Assembly: GCA_900088475.1 (NCBI GenBank)
Contig: FLMG01001397.1
Coordinates: 1-64,000, forward strand
Length of the DNA: 64,000 bases
DNA from: Hyphochytrium catenoides
Taxonomy: Eukaryota; Protista; Hyphochytriomycota
Direction of reading: 5' to 3'
The first letter of the stretch is position 1; the number at the start of each line of letters is the position of its first letter. The notes beneath the pieces were generated by a model. That model was not told the origin of the DNA and did not search any database. It saw nothing but the letters and a program-made list of their open reading frames with translations. Positions 23,794-34,821 of this stretch are shown here, in pieces. The translations under genes and the position numbers were made by a program.

Positions 23794-24509
23794 TCAGGTC
23801 TCGGTTGAATGTCTCCTAAGCAAAGTACGCGGGGGCCAAGGCTTTGAGCTCAGCCATCTGAGTACAAGCTTATCGCTTCGTACATCATCTAGGCCGTTTA
23901 GTGGCATGGAGATGGCCGACAGTATTAGGACAAAAGAGATCTAAAAAGTTCCCCGGAAAGCAAAGCAAAGTCTCCGCGTTATCAAGCGCTCAAAATTTTG
24001 ACTCAAACTTCCGCTGCGCGCCACGTAGAGATCGTAGTCTCTTGGTCCATGCAACAAACGGCAATAGCAGATCTAACCTTTTCACTTCTCTGCTGGCCCT
24101 GATCCCAGGAGAGACCGCTGTGATCCTTCTTTGTTTATAACACGCCTCTATGTCCTTAGAACTTGTCTTCTAAAGCCTGGTGGTCCTCGCTAAAGACAAC
24201 GAGCCCACCGCGCCTCTTTCTCCTAACTATCGACTTTGAAATTAATTGATGATGACCAGCTCCCTTCCCTCCTTCCTTGCCACCGCTTCGCTTTTCCACT
24301 GGCAGCTGTCAAAGAGAAGAAGTTGAGAATAAGCCACTTTGGTCCTCCCATCATCGCGAGAGGATCCACGTGGACCTCACTAGGACACTGATTTAAGAGT
24401 CGAACGAAAGTTTACCAGTGACATCCTAGAGAGAGAGGAGAAGCATGTTGCCTATCATCGTTGTCTAGAACTAATGCATGTCATACAATTTGACAACCTG
24501 ACTAGCTCA

Positions 24510-27008
24510 TCAGCAAGACATAAAGCGGTAGTGTGAGATCTTGAGCGGCCTCTCTTGCTCTTGATGTTCTTCTTCTTCGCTTTCCGCGTCTAAACAGAGA
24601 TGAGGGCACTGATGCCAAAGGCAGCAGCGCTCTGATTTCTTTGTCCGTCCGTCACTTGGTGCCTCGGGGGCTTCTGCGACACGCGTGGGGCTCCTTTTAG
24701 GGGACGAGGGTATGAGAGTGATTTGCTCTACAATGATAGCATGGCAGTGAGGGCATCCCACAGTGCCAAGGAAAGCCCACTCTTCTGTCACTTCGCTGAG
24801 CAGATGAGAGGGGACAGGGCTGCTTCCTCCCTGCTTTGCCATCACCATGTCGAGACCTCCCTTAGCGCCTCCAGCAGCAGCAGTGGCCTTCCCTTGCCCT
24901 AATGCCAAGGCGCTACTAGGGCCAGGGCTAGCAGCAGGGGTAGGGACCGGTGCGGACGAAGGTATAGATTGAGGACCGTGCGCTGGTTCTTTCTTGGCTG
25001 CCGCCGTGAGAAGAGCTAGGATGGCAGCAGTCCTTTGCCCTTCTCGCTTTCGTTTTCTCCACAGATTTATGGCTGTCTGCAACCCCAGCGCGAGTAAGGC
25101 AATGTATATGGCACAGATGGTGTGAGTGATAATGTCTCCTCTAACATAGACACAAAAGCCCTGCGGTGTGCAGCCTGTAAAGAGGAACCACCAGAATGCG
25201 GCGATGATCTTATTGCTGCTCTGGAAGAGGAAGAGGAGGTCCCAGTTGAACTGCTGAATAGTATGAGTCCCCATAGATAGAGCCAGCAGAGAGACGTATC
25301 CTAGCACTCCAATGTCCGCGATAGTGGCCATCGCCCTCCTTCTTCTCCTTCTCTCTCCTCCCTCTTTGCTGCCCAGCACTCCCCATAGCACACGGAAGAC
25401 GAGCATGATGATGGCTTCGTGATACACGACGATGCCAAAGGCTTGCCACCCAGCAGAGACTGTAGAAAGGGCCGAGGAGGTAAGGAGCTCCGCATAGATT
25501 GCACCAAAGTACTGTCTGATAACCGCCAAGCCTAAGTAAAGACTGTCATTATTGGCACACGCGATGCCAATAGAAGTGGCCGTCAACCAGCTCTGCATCT
25601 GCTGCCTTCTACCACTCGCCCCAGCGCCGCCTCCTCCATCATGCGGAACATTCCCGGTCGTGACTGAAGGAGGGGTAAATCTCGTCTTGTCAGTTGTTCT
25701 GCCTTCGTCTTTGTCCTTGTTCTCATGACTCCATCGTGGTCCCGCCATAGCAGTAGTGATCTTGTTCCCATGATTCTGGAGCCGCTTATCTTCCCGTTCT
25801 GACTGCCCATTCATTCCTTCTTCTTCTTCGCCCTCCGCTCTCACTTTGCCTACTGCCGACGGCATTGGTGGCCCTACAACGACCAGATTGCCGGTGTTAT
25901 GCAGCGACCGTTTGGGACACTCTGAACGAAGATGTGCAAGTGTTCTCCTGGTCACGATGACAAGCGTCCGCCAGTACTGAATCCGCATGATTATCGAGAG
26001 GATAATCCACGCCAAGGCTGAGACCTTTATTTTATTCCAGGCTGCGGATAAGGGACCGATGATCCACTGGAGCTCTACTGTCTCTAGATCTTCCTCACTG
26101 AAGCGGATACACGGCACAGACCAGCCTGCCAGTGGGTCTTCTATCGGGTAAGTGAAGAAGCAGATGGCACGGACCCCGCAGACCTCTAACCGAAAGACAT
26201 AGTCTTCAGGTTTTGAGCAGATTTCTAGGGCTTTGACGCCTTCTGGGAACACTTGAGGACCTTTGCATTGCTGTGACCAGCCTGCAACGATGAAACGCTG
26301 ATCCCACATAGGGTCAGTTCTCTTGCAGAGAAGTGTCCGCGCAATGTCCCTATTGAGAGACATCTGTCGGCTCTCCTTCTTCCCAAACTTTCTCTCTGCT
26401 CGTTGCCTCTCGTCTTGATTCCGTGGCCACCATAACAGACCCACGTCCGCTGCTCCGTCGCCCATAGGGCCCATGGTAGACAGCAAAGGTTGTAGGTTTG
26501 AGTTAAAGAAGAACGGAGTACCCGGCAGAGCCCCACAATAGGTCTCAGGATTGACAGAAGCGTTAGGGTGCAGTCCTCCCACTGTGAGCGTTAACAGACT
26601 TTGCTGCTCGACGCCGCTAGTCTCACGACTCTCCCCTAGAAGTCCCTGTTGCTCTGTCCTAGCCTTTAGCATCTGTGCTGTCATGTCCAGAGTTTCAAAC
26701 GAGTAGTCTGTCTGAAACAGTGTGAGGAAGAAAATGCACAGCTCCAAGACGGTCCATATGATACCCAGGAAAGGGAAACGTGGAAGAGACAACACAACCT
26801 TGTGCACATGGAGACCCTCGCGGTAGAGAAGTAGCTTCTTCCAGGACGATCGACGGCGAGTTAAAGAGACAAACAACGAAGGGCGAAGCTCAAGATCTTC
26901 GTCTGCTACCACCTTATTATGGTGGGAATCTTCTCCTAAGCCTGCCCAGGCTTTGTTCATTGTTGATGGTAAGAAGAGGAGAATGAGACCCCAGCAAGAG
27001 TCTTTCAC
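24510..27008 (-). CDS. Uncharacterised multi-pass membrane protein, 832 aa, intronless
   Basis: 2.5-kb ATG-started ORF; one TM near aa 80-100, a Cys-containing ~210-aa loop, a second TM, a disordered loop, then ~5 TMs and a Cys/His-rich tail. Confidence 0.75.
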   Translation of the reverse strand: MKDSCWGLILLFLPSTMNKAWAGLGEDSHHNKVVADEDLELRPSLFVSLTRRRSSWKKLLLYREGLHVHKVVLSLPRFPFLGIIWTVLELCIFFLTLFQTDYSFETLDMTAQMLKARTEQQGLLGESRETSGVEQQSLLTLTVGGLHPNASVNPETYCGALPGTPFFFNSNLQPLLSTMGPMGDGAADVGLLWWPRNQDERQRAERKFGKKESRQMSLNRDIARTLLCKRTDPMWDQRFIVAGWSQQCKGPQVFPEGVKALEICSKPEDYVFRLEVCGVRAICFFTYPIEDPLAGWSVPCIRFSEEDLETVELQWIIGPLSAAWNKIKVSALAWIILSIIMRIQYWRTLVIVTRRTLAHLRSECPKRSLHNTGNLVVVGPPMPSAVGKVRAEGEEEEGMNGQSEREDKRLQNHGNKITTAMAGPRWSHENKDKDEGRTTDKTRFTPPSVTTGNVPHDGGGGAGASGRRQQMQSWLTATSIGIACANNDSLYLGLAVIRQYFGAIYAELLTSSALSTVSAGWQAFGIVVYHEAIIMLVFRVLWGVLGSKEGGERRRRRRAMATIADIGVLGYVSLLALSMGTHTIQQFNWDLLFLFQSSNKIIAAFWWFLFTGCTPQGFCVYVRGDIITHTICAIYIALLALGLQTAINLWRKRKREGQRTAAILALLTAAAKKEPAHGPQSIPSSAPVPTPAASPGPSSALALGQGKATAAAGGAKGGLDMVMAKQGGSSPVPSHLLSEVTEEWAFLGTVGCPHCHAIIVEQITLIPSSPKRSPTRVAEAPEAPSDGRTKKSERCCLWHQCPHLCLDAESEEEEHQEQERPLKISHYRFMSC

Positions 27009-27659
27009 TTATCGAGAAGGCAGTAATAGGAGGTGCGCTCGGATGAGAGGTGGCAGGCAGGCTCGCCGATCTAGTGCTGTGGCAAGTTCTCTCCTGCTTT
27101 TGCCTTCACTTCAATGCCACTGGGGAGATTGTCCCTTTGCCGCCGCCGCTGGTGTAGGTTCTCGCTGGTGGCTCAACACAACCACTGCGATGGCGGCAGA
27201 AGACCTGCTGCCGCTATAATCGCGCTTTGAAACTCCATCCGAGAACTGCCCGCGGCAAGAGGTAAGGGCCGTGTCCGACGCAAAGCAGAATTGAAGGTAC
27301 TTGCCCTCTAGCTCGGCAGCAACTTGTCCCATTCCCTGAACCTCGCGCACCCCTGTAGTCTTTATGGTCTTCTTCGAGGGTCAGTACCCCTCACCCACAG
27401 TCCTCTAGGATGTTCTCTACTCTTTGCTGCCCGTGCTCTCAATCGTCCCTGCAGTGTTAGTTGAAGACAGTAAGTCTTCCGGTCAGTAGAGCCAGACTGC
27501 TTACTCACCGTTTTGGTCCAATGTCTTGCAAGGCATGATGTTGATCTGCTGCTCCCAGCAACCACGCCGTCTTTCAGATCAGTCTTTTCGCTGTCTTGGG
27601 GCAGTAGTGTCTTTCTGGTCATAAGTATCATCCGGGCTCTTGCTCGCTCTTGTTCAGCC

Positions 27660-28090
27660 TCTTTCCGTTTCTCTCTCTCTCTCTCTCTCTCTCTGTCCGC
27701 TCCTTCTATGTCTCTCCTTTCCTCATCCTCCCTCTCTTCCGTTTCTTTCCTTCTTGGGGTCCCTAGCCTCTTGTTCTCCCTCCAGTTTCTTCCTCACGCT
27801 TCTCCTGATCGTCTGGCCCTCTCTCTTTACTTCTTCCCTTCGCTTTCAATAAGAATGTAACGCCTGTCACGTTCCCCCGCCGCGCCAGCGCTTGGTCGAT
27901 GCCTAGTGAACACTCTGTCTCTACTGCTAATACCTTCTGTCCTTTCTCCACTCTCCTCTCTCTCTCTGTCTCTCTCTCTCTCTGTTCTCACTGACTCTTT
28001 CTCTCATTCTCTTTCTTCCACTATCTACCACCTTGTCTCTCCCTTCATTCCCTCCTCGCTTCCTTGTCTCTCTCTTTGTCCCTTTGTCCT
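27660..28090. repeat. CT-rich low-complexity/microsatellite tract
   Basis: Repeated (CT)n runs and strong pyrimidine bias. Confidence 0.9.
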
Positions 28091-28094
28091 GCCC

Positions 28095-28882
28095 TGTAAC
28101 GCCTGACCACCCCCTCGAAGGGTCAGCCAGACCCGTCATAACCAACATAAGACACACACCCCTCCCATAAAAGGGTCAGAGTCAGAGACACTATCTGTGC
28201 AACTTCCTCTGCTCTTTGGATCTTCCGCCTTGCCCAATGGCTTCTGCCCCACCATCCGTCGGTTGTTGGCTCCTCAGTCAAGGGTGGATCCGGGGCAGTA
28301 GGGACACTTTGCCCGCGCACACGACGAAGAAGTAGAAGAAGAAGTACAATGTCTTTAACGGTTGTTGCTGCTGACGAGAACGGTTTGCCGCCAATCTTCC
28401 TCTTGTTGAAGCAGGATCAGGGACACCAAACGGCGACTGCTTTCGTACTAACAGGTGTTCTCAACGATGGCAGGACAACGGAAAGAGATAGAGGAGGTCA
28501 AGCGACGATCAACCGTCTCTGCAAGTTTAACTATAGGAACCTTCCCCCTTTTTATTTCTAGGCGATGTTCTTGTTGACGCAGAGAATGGCTCTTGATGAC
28601 CAGCGAACACAAGTCCTTTGAGCTCGCTTTGGCGGCAACCACTTCCGTTCATTGTTTATTCCAGCGGGCAACGCAAAGCGTATTTTCTAGCACAATAGCA
28701 GAAAAGAGAGAGATAATGTCCCTCTGTCATTCACTCCTCATCACTCCCTCCTCGAGCTTGCTTCGTCCTTCGAAAGTAAAACGACGATGCGGCACCAGTA
28801 CTTGGCGAGGTTGACAGACTAAGAGTCAAAACTCATCTGACCATTCAACAGCTCTGGCGCCTGTAGGACACCTAGGGTTACA
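28095..28882 (+). mobile_element. Possible LTR-retrotransposon relic
   Basis: TGTAACGCCTG at 27856 and 28095; ...TCAACA-gctc-TGGCGCC (LTR end plus PBS-like) at ~28845-28861; GGGTTACA at 28875-28882. No TSD or pol ORF seen. Confidence 0.3.
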
Positions 28883-30301
28883 ATATCCAAGAATGCAACA
28901 TACACTTGCCCACTATATGGCAGCCTGAATAGTGGCAGTGATGAGTGTGAAGAACGTGGTGCTCAGACCCATTCTCGTTTTCAAGGCTAATGAAGCAGAG
29001 TCGTACTTACCAAGCACGTTCTGCTACTACATAATATCTTGCTGTCCCGCTCAACGTATCACAGAGAAAAAGAAGAACAGATGAGAGGAAGAAGCGCATC
29101 GAGACGTCTGCTAACGGTCGAGTGACGGGAGAAATGTCCATAAACGGAAAAAACTTCTTTATCGGTAGATGGGTGGTGAGCTCTATGAGTGAGGAAGGTT
29201 AGGTTTAGCCTGTCCCCTTGATGATGAGGTGCGCACACTCTCAGAGTTATCTATGACGCTATTATGTAGCCGCTTTGGTCGCCTTAGTACATAAGATATA
29301 CGGGAATTATCCTGGCTGTGGTCTAGTCAACACCATCTATTCAGCCACTTCATCATCCTCGTATTGGCCACTAACAGGAGCAATCAACAACAAGCTCTGG
29401 GCGGGAGGGAGAGCAACGGTCTTCCAAGTAAGCGCAGAATGGTGTGATAACTCATAAGTCGTCATTGCCGTTGATTTGCTCATCATTAACCTCCTGAACG
29501 TGGTAGAGGGGAGAATTGGCCTCGTAGTATGTAGCTCAATAGTGAAATCATGGGAGTAGTAACAAAGGTGACCAGCGCGTCACCAATTCCTTGTTTCACC
29601 ACCAGCGAGTTCCCAACCAGGAGAGAGTGGCCCTAGTGCAGAACGGTATCTCTATGTCTTGTTGCAAGCCTGAACAGAGTACTTTCTTCTATTACACCCC
29701 GGTTCCTTGTCCTTGGACTGCAATTATAAGATAACGACTCGGGACGTGCTTCCATCTGTCCAAACAGCGATGAGAAGCGAGCGTCCCTCCCTCTTGTCAC
29801 TACCCTGCGATCAATCTTCCTCATCATGACGTTCTAATGCACCACGACGATGACTCTGTCATCCATCAATAAGCCAGCCCACTATGGTCTAACGTGGGCA
29901 TCAGCGCAACAGCAACTCCTCAGGTCCTCGTCATCGATCATTGACTATCTAACTGCTGCTGGCCTGCCTTCCTGCTGCGGCTGCTGGCTGCCAGACAACA
30001 CAGCCTCAGTTGAAGCCGCGCGCACAAAGTTATCCTAATGATGGTGATGATGTTCCTAGGACTTGCTGTATATGTGACCTTTGGCCGTCATCAGCAGAAA
30101 CCGACAATCTCCGGTATAGATCTAATATATTACTGTACAGTATGATTGTATGAGCTACTACAGTACTGCTACTGTACTGTAGGAGCAGCTCCTCCACTTG
30201 CTTATGTCGTGCTACCGTCGGATCATGAATACAGGGCTTCAAATCTGACCCATCCCGAATCATGTGTGGCGCCAAAACCCCACTTACTGCTAACTGTGTA
30301 C

Positions 30302-30516
30302 TGTAACCCCGGCCCCCCGCCCACTAAAAAGTTTGTCCATTGTCAGGGAAAGCGACAATGTCAGGAGAGCCGGCGTATATAAGGATGACTTCAGGTGCAC
30401 TCCTGAGGAGTCCGTCCCCCTTGTTTCGTGTATCAGAATTGTACAGTACCCCCAAACCCATCTAAAAGTGTCCCAAACCTGGCACCAACAATACGACGAA
30501 GCCCTGGAGGTAACGG
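30302..30516 (+). mobile_element. Possible degenerate solo LTR
   Basis: Starts TGTAACCCCGG, has internal TATATAA at ~30376 and ends cctggaggtaac (imperfect inverse of the start). Confidence 0.25.
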
Positions 30517-30762
30517 TGTGATTAAAACTCAAATGGACGGGTAGTAATACTCGGCCTGAATTACGAAAGGCCAGATTTGCGAAAAGCCAGACAGCTGTTT
30601 AGAGTTTATTTCGTTTTGCCGCCGTCTTGGCTTTTGCTGACGAAATTCATTCTGACTTCTCCAGATTGCGGAGGAGCCGTCGAGCTACTGAAGCAGCTGC
30701 AGATTCTTCACTGAGAAGCACGACTCAGTAATTGCCTAAGAAGGCTCTTAATCAAGACCTCT

Positions 30763-33700
30763 ATGAAAAAGCATTGGCGTACAGTTTACCATCTGCACGG
30801 CGACATGAAGCCGGGTCTTGCACCAGCAACGACAAGGCAGTATCGCTATCGACTGACAAGGCTTCACAAGAAGGCAGGTCCATTGCAATGGACGAGATTT
30901 ACGGATGCACTAGAGAACGATGTGACCTATGAGCTTGATGCTTATAGGGTTGACAGTGAACTTGGCAAGCTGTACGCGGTCGCTATAAACGTGTATCACA
31001 ACTATCGTGCGCTATGGGCGTCGATCCAGCGCGACATCAGAAGAGAGACCCAGACAGCTCCGGATGATGACCAAGATAGTAGTGCTGGTGGTAGTAGGAA
31101 GAAGAAGAAGCTGAAACGATCCCGATCGGCAAGAGAATCTTCTAGCACAACTTCACCTGAAACGTTGAAGAAAACGAAGATCGGTCATATGGTTGTGCAT
31201 AATAATAGCCACTTCGCCATGAGTTCAGTCAACGGAGAGCGACGATCACCTTACTATCGAAGGATGAGTTTGGTACTTCGTGGAGAGAGGTGGTACGAGA
31301 ACGGTTATCTCAGAATCTCAGAAGAGTCACAAGATGAGATCATCTTTAGCGGCATACGGCCATATGTTCGGGACGTTCTCCGTGGTAAGCCTGCAGAAAC
31401 AATTCCGGACAACGTGGTGGTTGTCTCTATCGATGCTGGGAAGCTTGGAACACTTCGGCTTCACGAAGAAGATCTTCAGGTTCACCTAGAAGATGCGTTT
31501 CGTGATCTCTGGATTGTGGAGAATAATACTACGAAGAGTGAAGCTGGTGACCGCCTGGATTACATGCGGTTAACATTTGGAGATTGGTCTTGGATTGTGG
31601 TCAAGGACCTCACACCTATCGACAGTGAAGAGAGCATCTATGATACGGACTGGCCTAGAGTAAATCGGCGTTTGCATCGACGTGGAGTTCTGGGTTCACT
31701 TTACGATTATGGTTCTGATAGGTTTCAGACGATCTACCAAGACGGTCCATGTGTCCGGTGTACCCGGCACATCAAGGGACAAAGAATTGAGCTTGAAGTT
31801 AGCTTTGTGCAATACTTTGAGGAGGCGGAGGATGGAAGGGCAACAGATATCTGGAAAGGACTTTTTCACTATAAGTACAAAGCCATGGACGGCACACCGA
31901 TCGTTTGCTTTGCAGACCCGTTGCAGGGATCAGGGGACGAGGAGGGACCAGGACTGGCAGAAGACTTTATTGGAAAGCGCTGGAACAATTCGTGCAAGTG
32001 GAAAGAGCGCGACGGAAGAGAAGGCATCCTCTGGTATTATTATACAGTGTTCGTTGGTCTCGCTGACGATGAAGAGAGTGCGACACCAGCATTTATCTGG
32101 TTGCCCCCAGCACCAAAGGCCTCGCCACTTTCACTCAACAAGATGATCAGAATACCCAGGGTGTGTGATAAAGCAAGCGCGCCTTGTACAATCGAAGAAG
32201 GGCCTGGGGAACCCAGACTAATGCTTGATACACAGCAACAAAGCATTCGAGAATTAGTAGGCCGCCCACGAGGAGATATGGAGCGAGTCTCTGAAGTATC
32301 GGCGATGTCTTTACCGGCAGCAACTACAGACAGACCACGGACTCCATCGTCAGTAGTATTATCTAGCACAACCTTCCCTCATGCTACTGCTGATATCACA
32401 ACTTCCAGCGATGCTGGGGTTGGGAAAGCTTCTGCTTCTTTCACGAAGTTTCCCAATGCCGCGCTGCCATGTGTGGCGCCTCCCAATTCGTTAGGTTCGG
32501 GACTTCTACAAAGGCCGGTCCCGGCTACTAAGACGCAAAGTTTTCCTTGCACTCTTGGAGATAAAAGAATGCCCGAAAGGAGTTCAAGTCCACTAAGAAG
32601 ACCTGCCAGAAAAACTGTACCTATGCAAACTCTTCAAACAAAAAAACAAATGGTAGATTTTCCTCCGCCTCCACCCCCTATGAAGGACTGGTCGGGTGAG
32701 CAGTCCTCCCAGGCCAAGAAGGCCCGCCATAAAAAGCCTCCGGTGCGCCTTCCTATCCCTGCACGAGAGTCCATCGCATTGGTGACAGGGCCCAGGTGGG
32801 CAATATCACGTCCAGCGGCAATATCACCACAAGCAGCAGACGGGTCTCCTAAGTCGGCAGTCCCAGGCCATCATCAAGAAACAGCGCCAATCGCGAAGAG
32901 AAATGGAAACGTCAGAGAAGCTGTTGTGCTTCGTCCTGAAGGAACACCAACAAGTGACATGCCTCCTCCGGATCCAACGTCATACAAGAACAGCAATGAG
33001 GACATGGAAGATGCGGTTTCAATATCTCGATCACCGCCATTAACTTTTGAGGAATCGGAGCTTAGTGTGACAACACCCCCTTTCTCTCCTCTCCCTTCAC
33101 CGCCACAAGCGTCGTACTATGACGACAACTCGAATGATAGCGTTTCCCCGGCAGGACCCTTCACAGCAGCCAGAGTGAGTGACAGCAAGGATCAAGAGAA
33201 GAAGGCTGAGAAAGTTGGCAAGCACGATGAAGGGCAATTGGTTGAAAAAGAAGAAAGAGCGGCTTCTTCTGATGGTCCTTCAGGGGAACGTTGCGAACCG
33301 GATGCATGCATAAAGCAGGAAAGGGTGCAAATTGATGACGCGAAGCCCGAACCACCAACAAGGACCGTTGAGACAAACAAGCGACGACGGGGACTCATAA
33401 GAAATGGGCGAAGACAGGGAGAAGACGAAGAGCAGAGTAGTCATCGACCACTAATGCATTATGGCATTAATGAGACTCAACCGATAATGAAGGACTTCCA
33501 GGAAGAAAGTCCCGGCGGGCAGAATCTGCCTTCTTCGGGCCGAAGAAGCGGAATATTGCTGGAGAGCTCGAGTCATCATAATGCTAAGGACGAGAAGAGG
33601 AAAGACGGGCAAGTGATTGCCAAAGAGGACCGCCCGCCCCTTGAGATAGACGGCATTAGTAGACAACCGGCACGAAACGATGCCAACCCAGACCGTGTGT

Positions 33701-34308
33701 TGACCACTATCGAGACACCAGACGATGAGCCCGTTGCGAAAGCGGAGAAATCTGGAACTTCGGCCGATGAGGAGGAAACACAGATTGGAGCATACCCTTG
33801 GGATGAAACCTCTGACCAAGAAACGGACCACAAGAAGAATGAGCAGGATCGCAAGGCGGATGGCAGCCACCCTTTTACTCTGAGCAACCAGCCATCGGAT
33901 GAGCGGGGCGGACAGGGCGAGAGTAACGATGAATTACCATCTGACGCTTCGACAGTGGTGGACGTCTCTTTCACACGACCAATTTCTTCGAGGAGCTTAA
34001 GAGTCATCGTGCAAGCGTTAGTTCAAAAAGAGCTGAAAAAGCAGAGTGATGACAGACAACTATCTTTGGCTCCCTCCCTCCGAGATGCAGTTGAATCCTG
34101 CGAAGCGAGATTGAGAGAAAAGGTAGAGGCGTTGCAGCACGAGCTTGATGAGGCCAAGCAGCAGAGAGAGACTATGCAGACCGATATTAGAAGACTAAGG
34201 CTTGAACTCAGCAATGCCAAGATGGAAAAGGAGAAGCTCATTGACGTGACTGCTGCCTATGCAGAGAGCCTACAGCAGATACTCTCTGCTCCAAGTACGC
34301 CGTCATAA
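30763..34308 (+). CDS. Hypothetical 1181-aa protein, intronless: globular N-half, disordered middle, C-terminal coiled coil
   Basis: 3.5-kb ATG-started ORF; NLS-like RKKKKLKR; aromatic-rich domain ~aa 140-450; Pro/Ser/Glu-rich region; terminal heptads. Confidence 0.8.
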   Translation: MKKHWRTVYHLHGDMKPGLAPATTRQYRYRLTRLHKKAGPLQWTRFTDALENDVTYELDAYRVDSELGKLYAVAINVYHNYRALWASIQRDIRRETQTAPDDDQDSSAGGSRKKKKLKRSRSARESSSTTSPETLKKTKIGHMVVHNNSHFAMSSVNGERRSPYYRRMSLVLRGERWYENGYLRISEESQDEIIFSGIRPYVRDVLRGKPAETIPDNVVVVSIDAGKLGTLRLHEEDLQVHLEDAFRDLWIVENNTTKSEAGDRLDYMRLTFGDWSWIVVKDLTPIDSEESIYDTDWPRVNRRLHRRGVLGSLYDYGSDRFQTIYQDGPCVRCTRHIKGQRIELEVSFVQYFEEAEDGRATDIWKGLFHYKYKAMDGTPIVCFADPLQGSGDEEGPGLAEDFIGKRWNNSCKWKERDGREGILWYYYTVFVGLADDEESATPAFIWLPPAPKASPLSLNKMIRIPRVCDKASAPCTIEEGPGEPRLMLDTQQQSIRELVGRPRGDMERVSEVSAMSLPAATTDRPRTPSSVVLSSTTFPHATADITTSSDAGVGKASASFTKFPNAALPCVAPPNSLGSGLLQRPVPATKTQSFPCTLGDKRMPERSSSPLRRPARKTVPMQTLQTKKQMVDFPPPPPPMKDWSGEQSSQAKKARHKKPPVRLPIPARESIALVTGPRWAISRPAAISPQAADGSPKSAVPGHHQETAPIAKRNGNVREAVVLRPEGTPTSDMPPPDPTSYKNSNEDMEDAVSISRSPPLTFEESELSVTTPPFSPLPSPPQASYYDDNSNDSVSPAGPFTAARVSDSKDQEKKAEKVGKHDEGQLVEKEERAASSDGPSGERCEPDACIKQERVQIDDAKPEPPTRTVETNKRRRGLIRNGRRQGEDEEQSSHRPLMHYGINETQPIMKDFQEESPGGQNLPSSGRRSGILLESSSHHNAKDEKRKDGQVIAKEDRPPLEIDGISRQPARNDANPDRVLTTIETPDDEPVAKAEKSGTSADEEETQIGAYPWDETSDQETDHKKNEQDRKADGSHPFTLSNQPSDERGGQGESNDELPSDASTVVDVSFTRPISSRSLRVIVQALVQKELKKQSDDRQLSLAPSLRDAVESCEARLREKVEALQHELDEAKQQRETMQTDIRRLRLELSNAKMEKEKLIDVTAAYAESLQQILSAPSTPS

Positions 34309-34821
34309 AGCTGGGGACTTTTCTCTTGCACCTTCAGTCTGATAGTCAATTGAGCGCTTGCGAGAATTGATGTGAGTAACAAGCGCTGCGGCCAGCAAAG
34401 AGCAGCGCTGTGCTATAAGAGGGCACACCTACCAGGCCATCACGGCGCACTACCCTATGTCTGCTTGATTCTTCCGGTGTTCAGCTTCCTAGGCCCTATT
34501 GGTACAGCGCATCTGACACACACAACTGACGTGTCGTTGATGGTGAAGCTTTGTCTTTGCTTTTGTCTTTTGTATCCCTAATGCATGGTCTTACAGTAAA
34601 GGAGAGAAGGACCAAGTCAGGAGTAAGAAGAGGCCGCTTTGGGTGAGGTACGTAGTGAAAGGTTGACATGTATAGCAGCTAAAGGGCAGCTCTGCCCGTC
34701 TTACAGCGTTGCAGATGCCTCAGCATGTAGCGTTCGTTTACTACCGAGCCTAGAATACAACGGTCTAATATCACAATAGTACTAGCACTAAAGAGCAATC
34801 GGCAACGAGTTGAGGTCCTCT

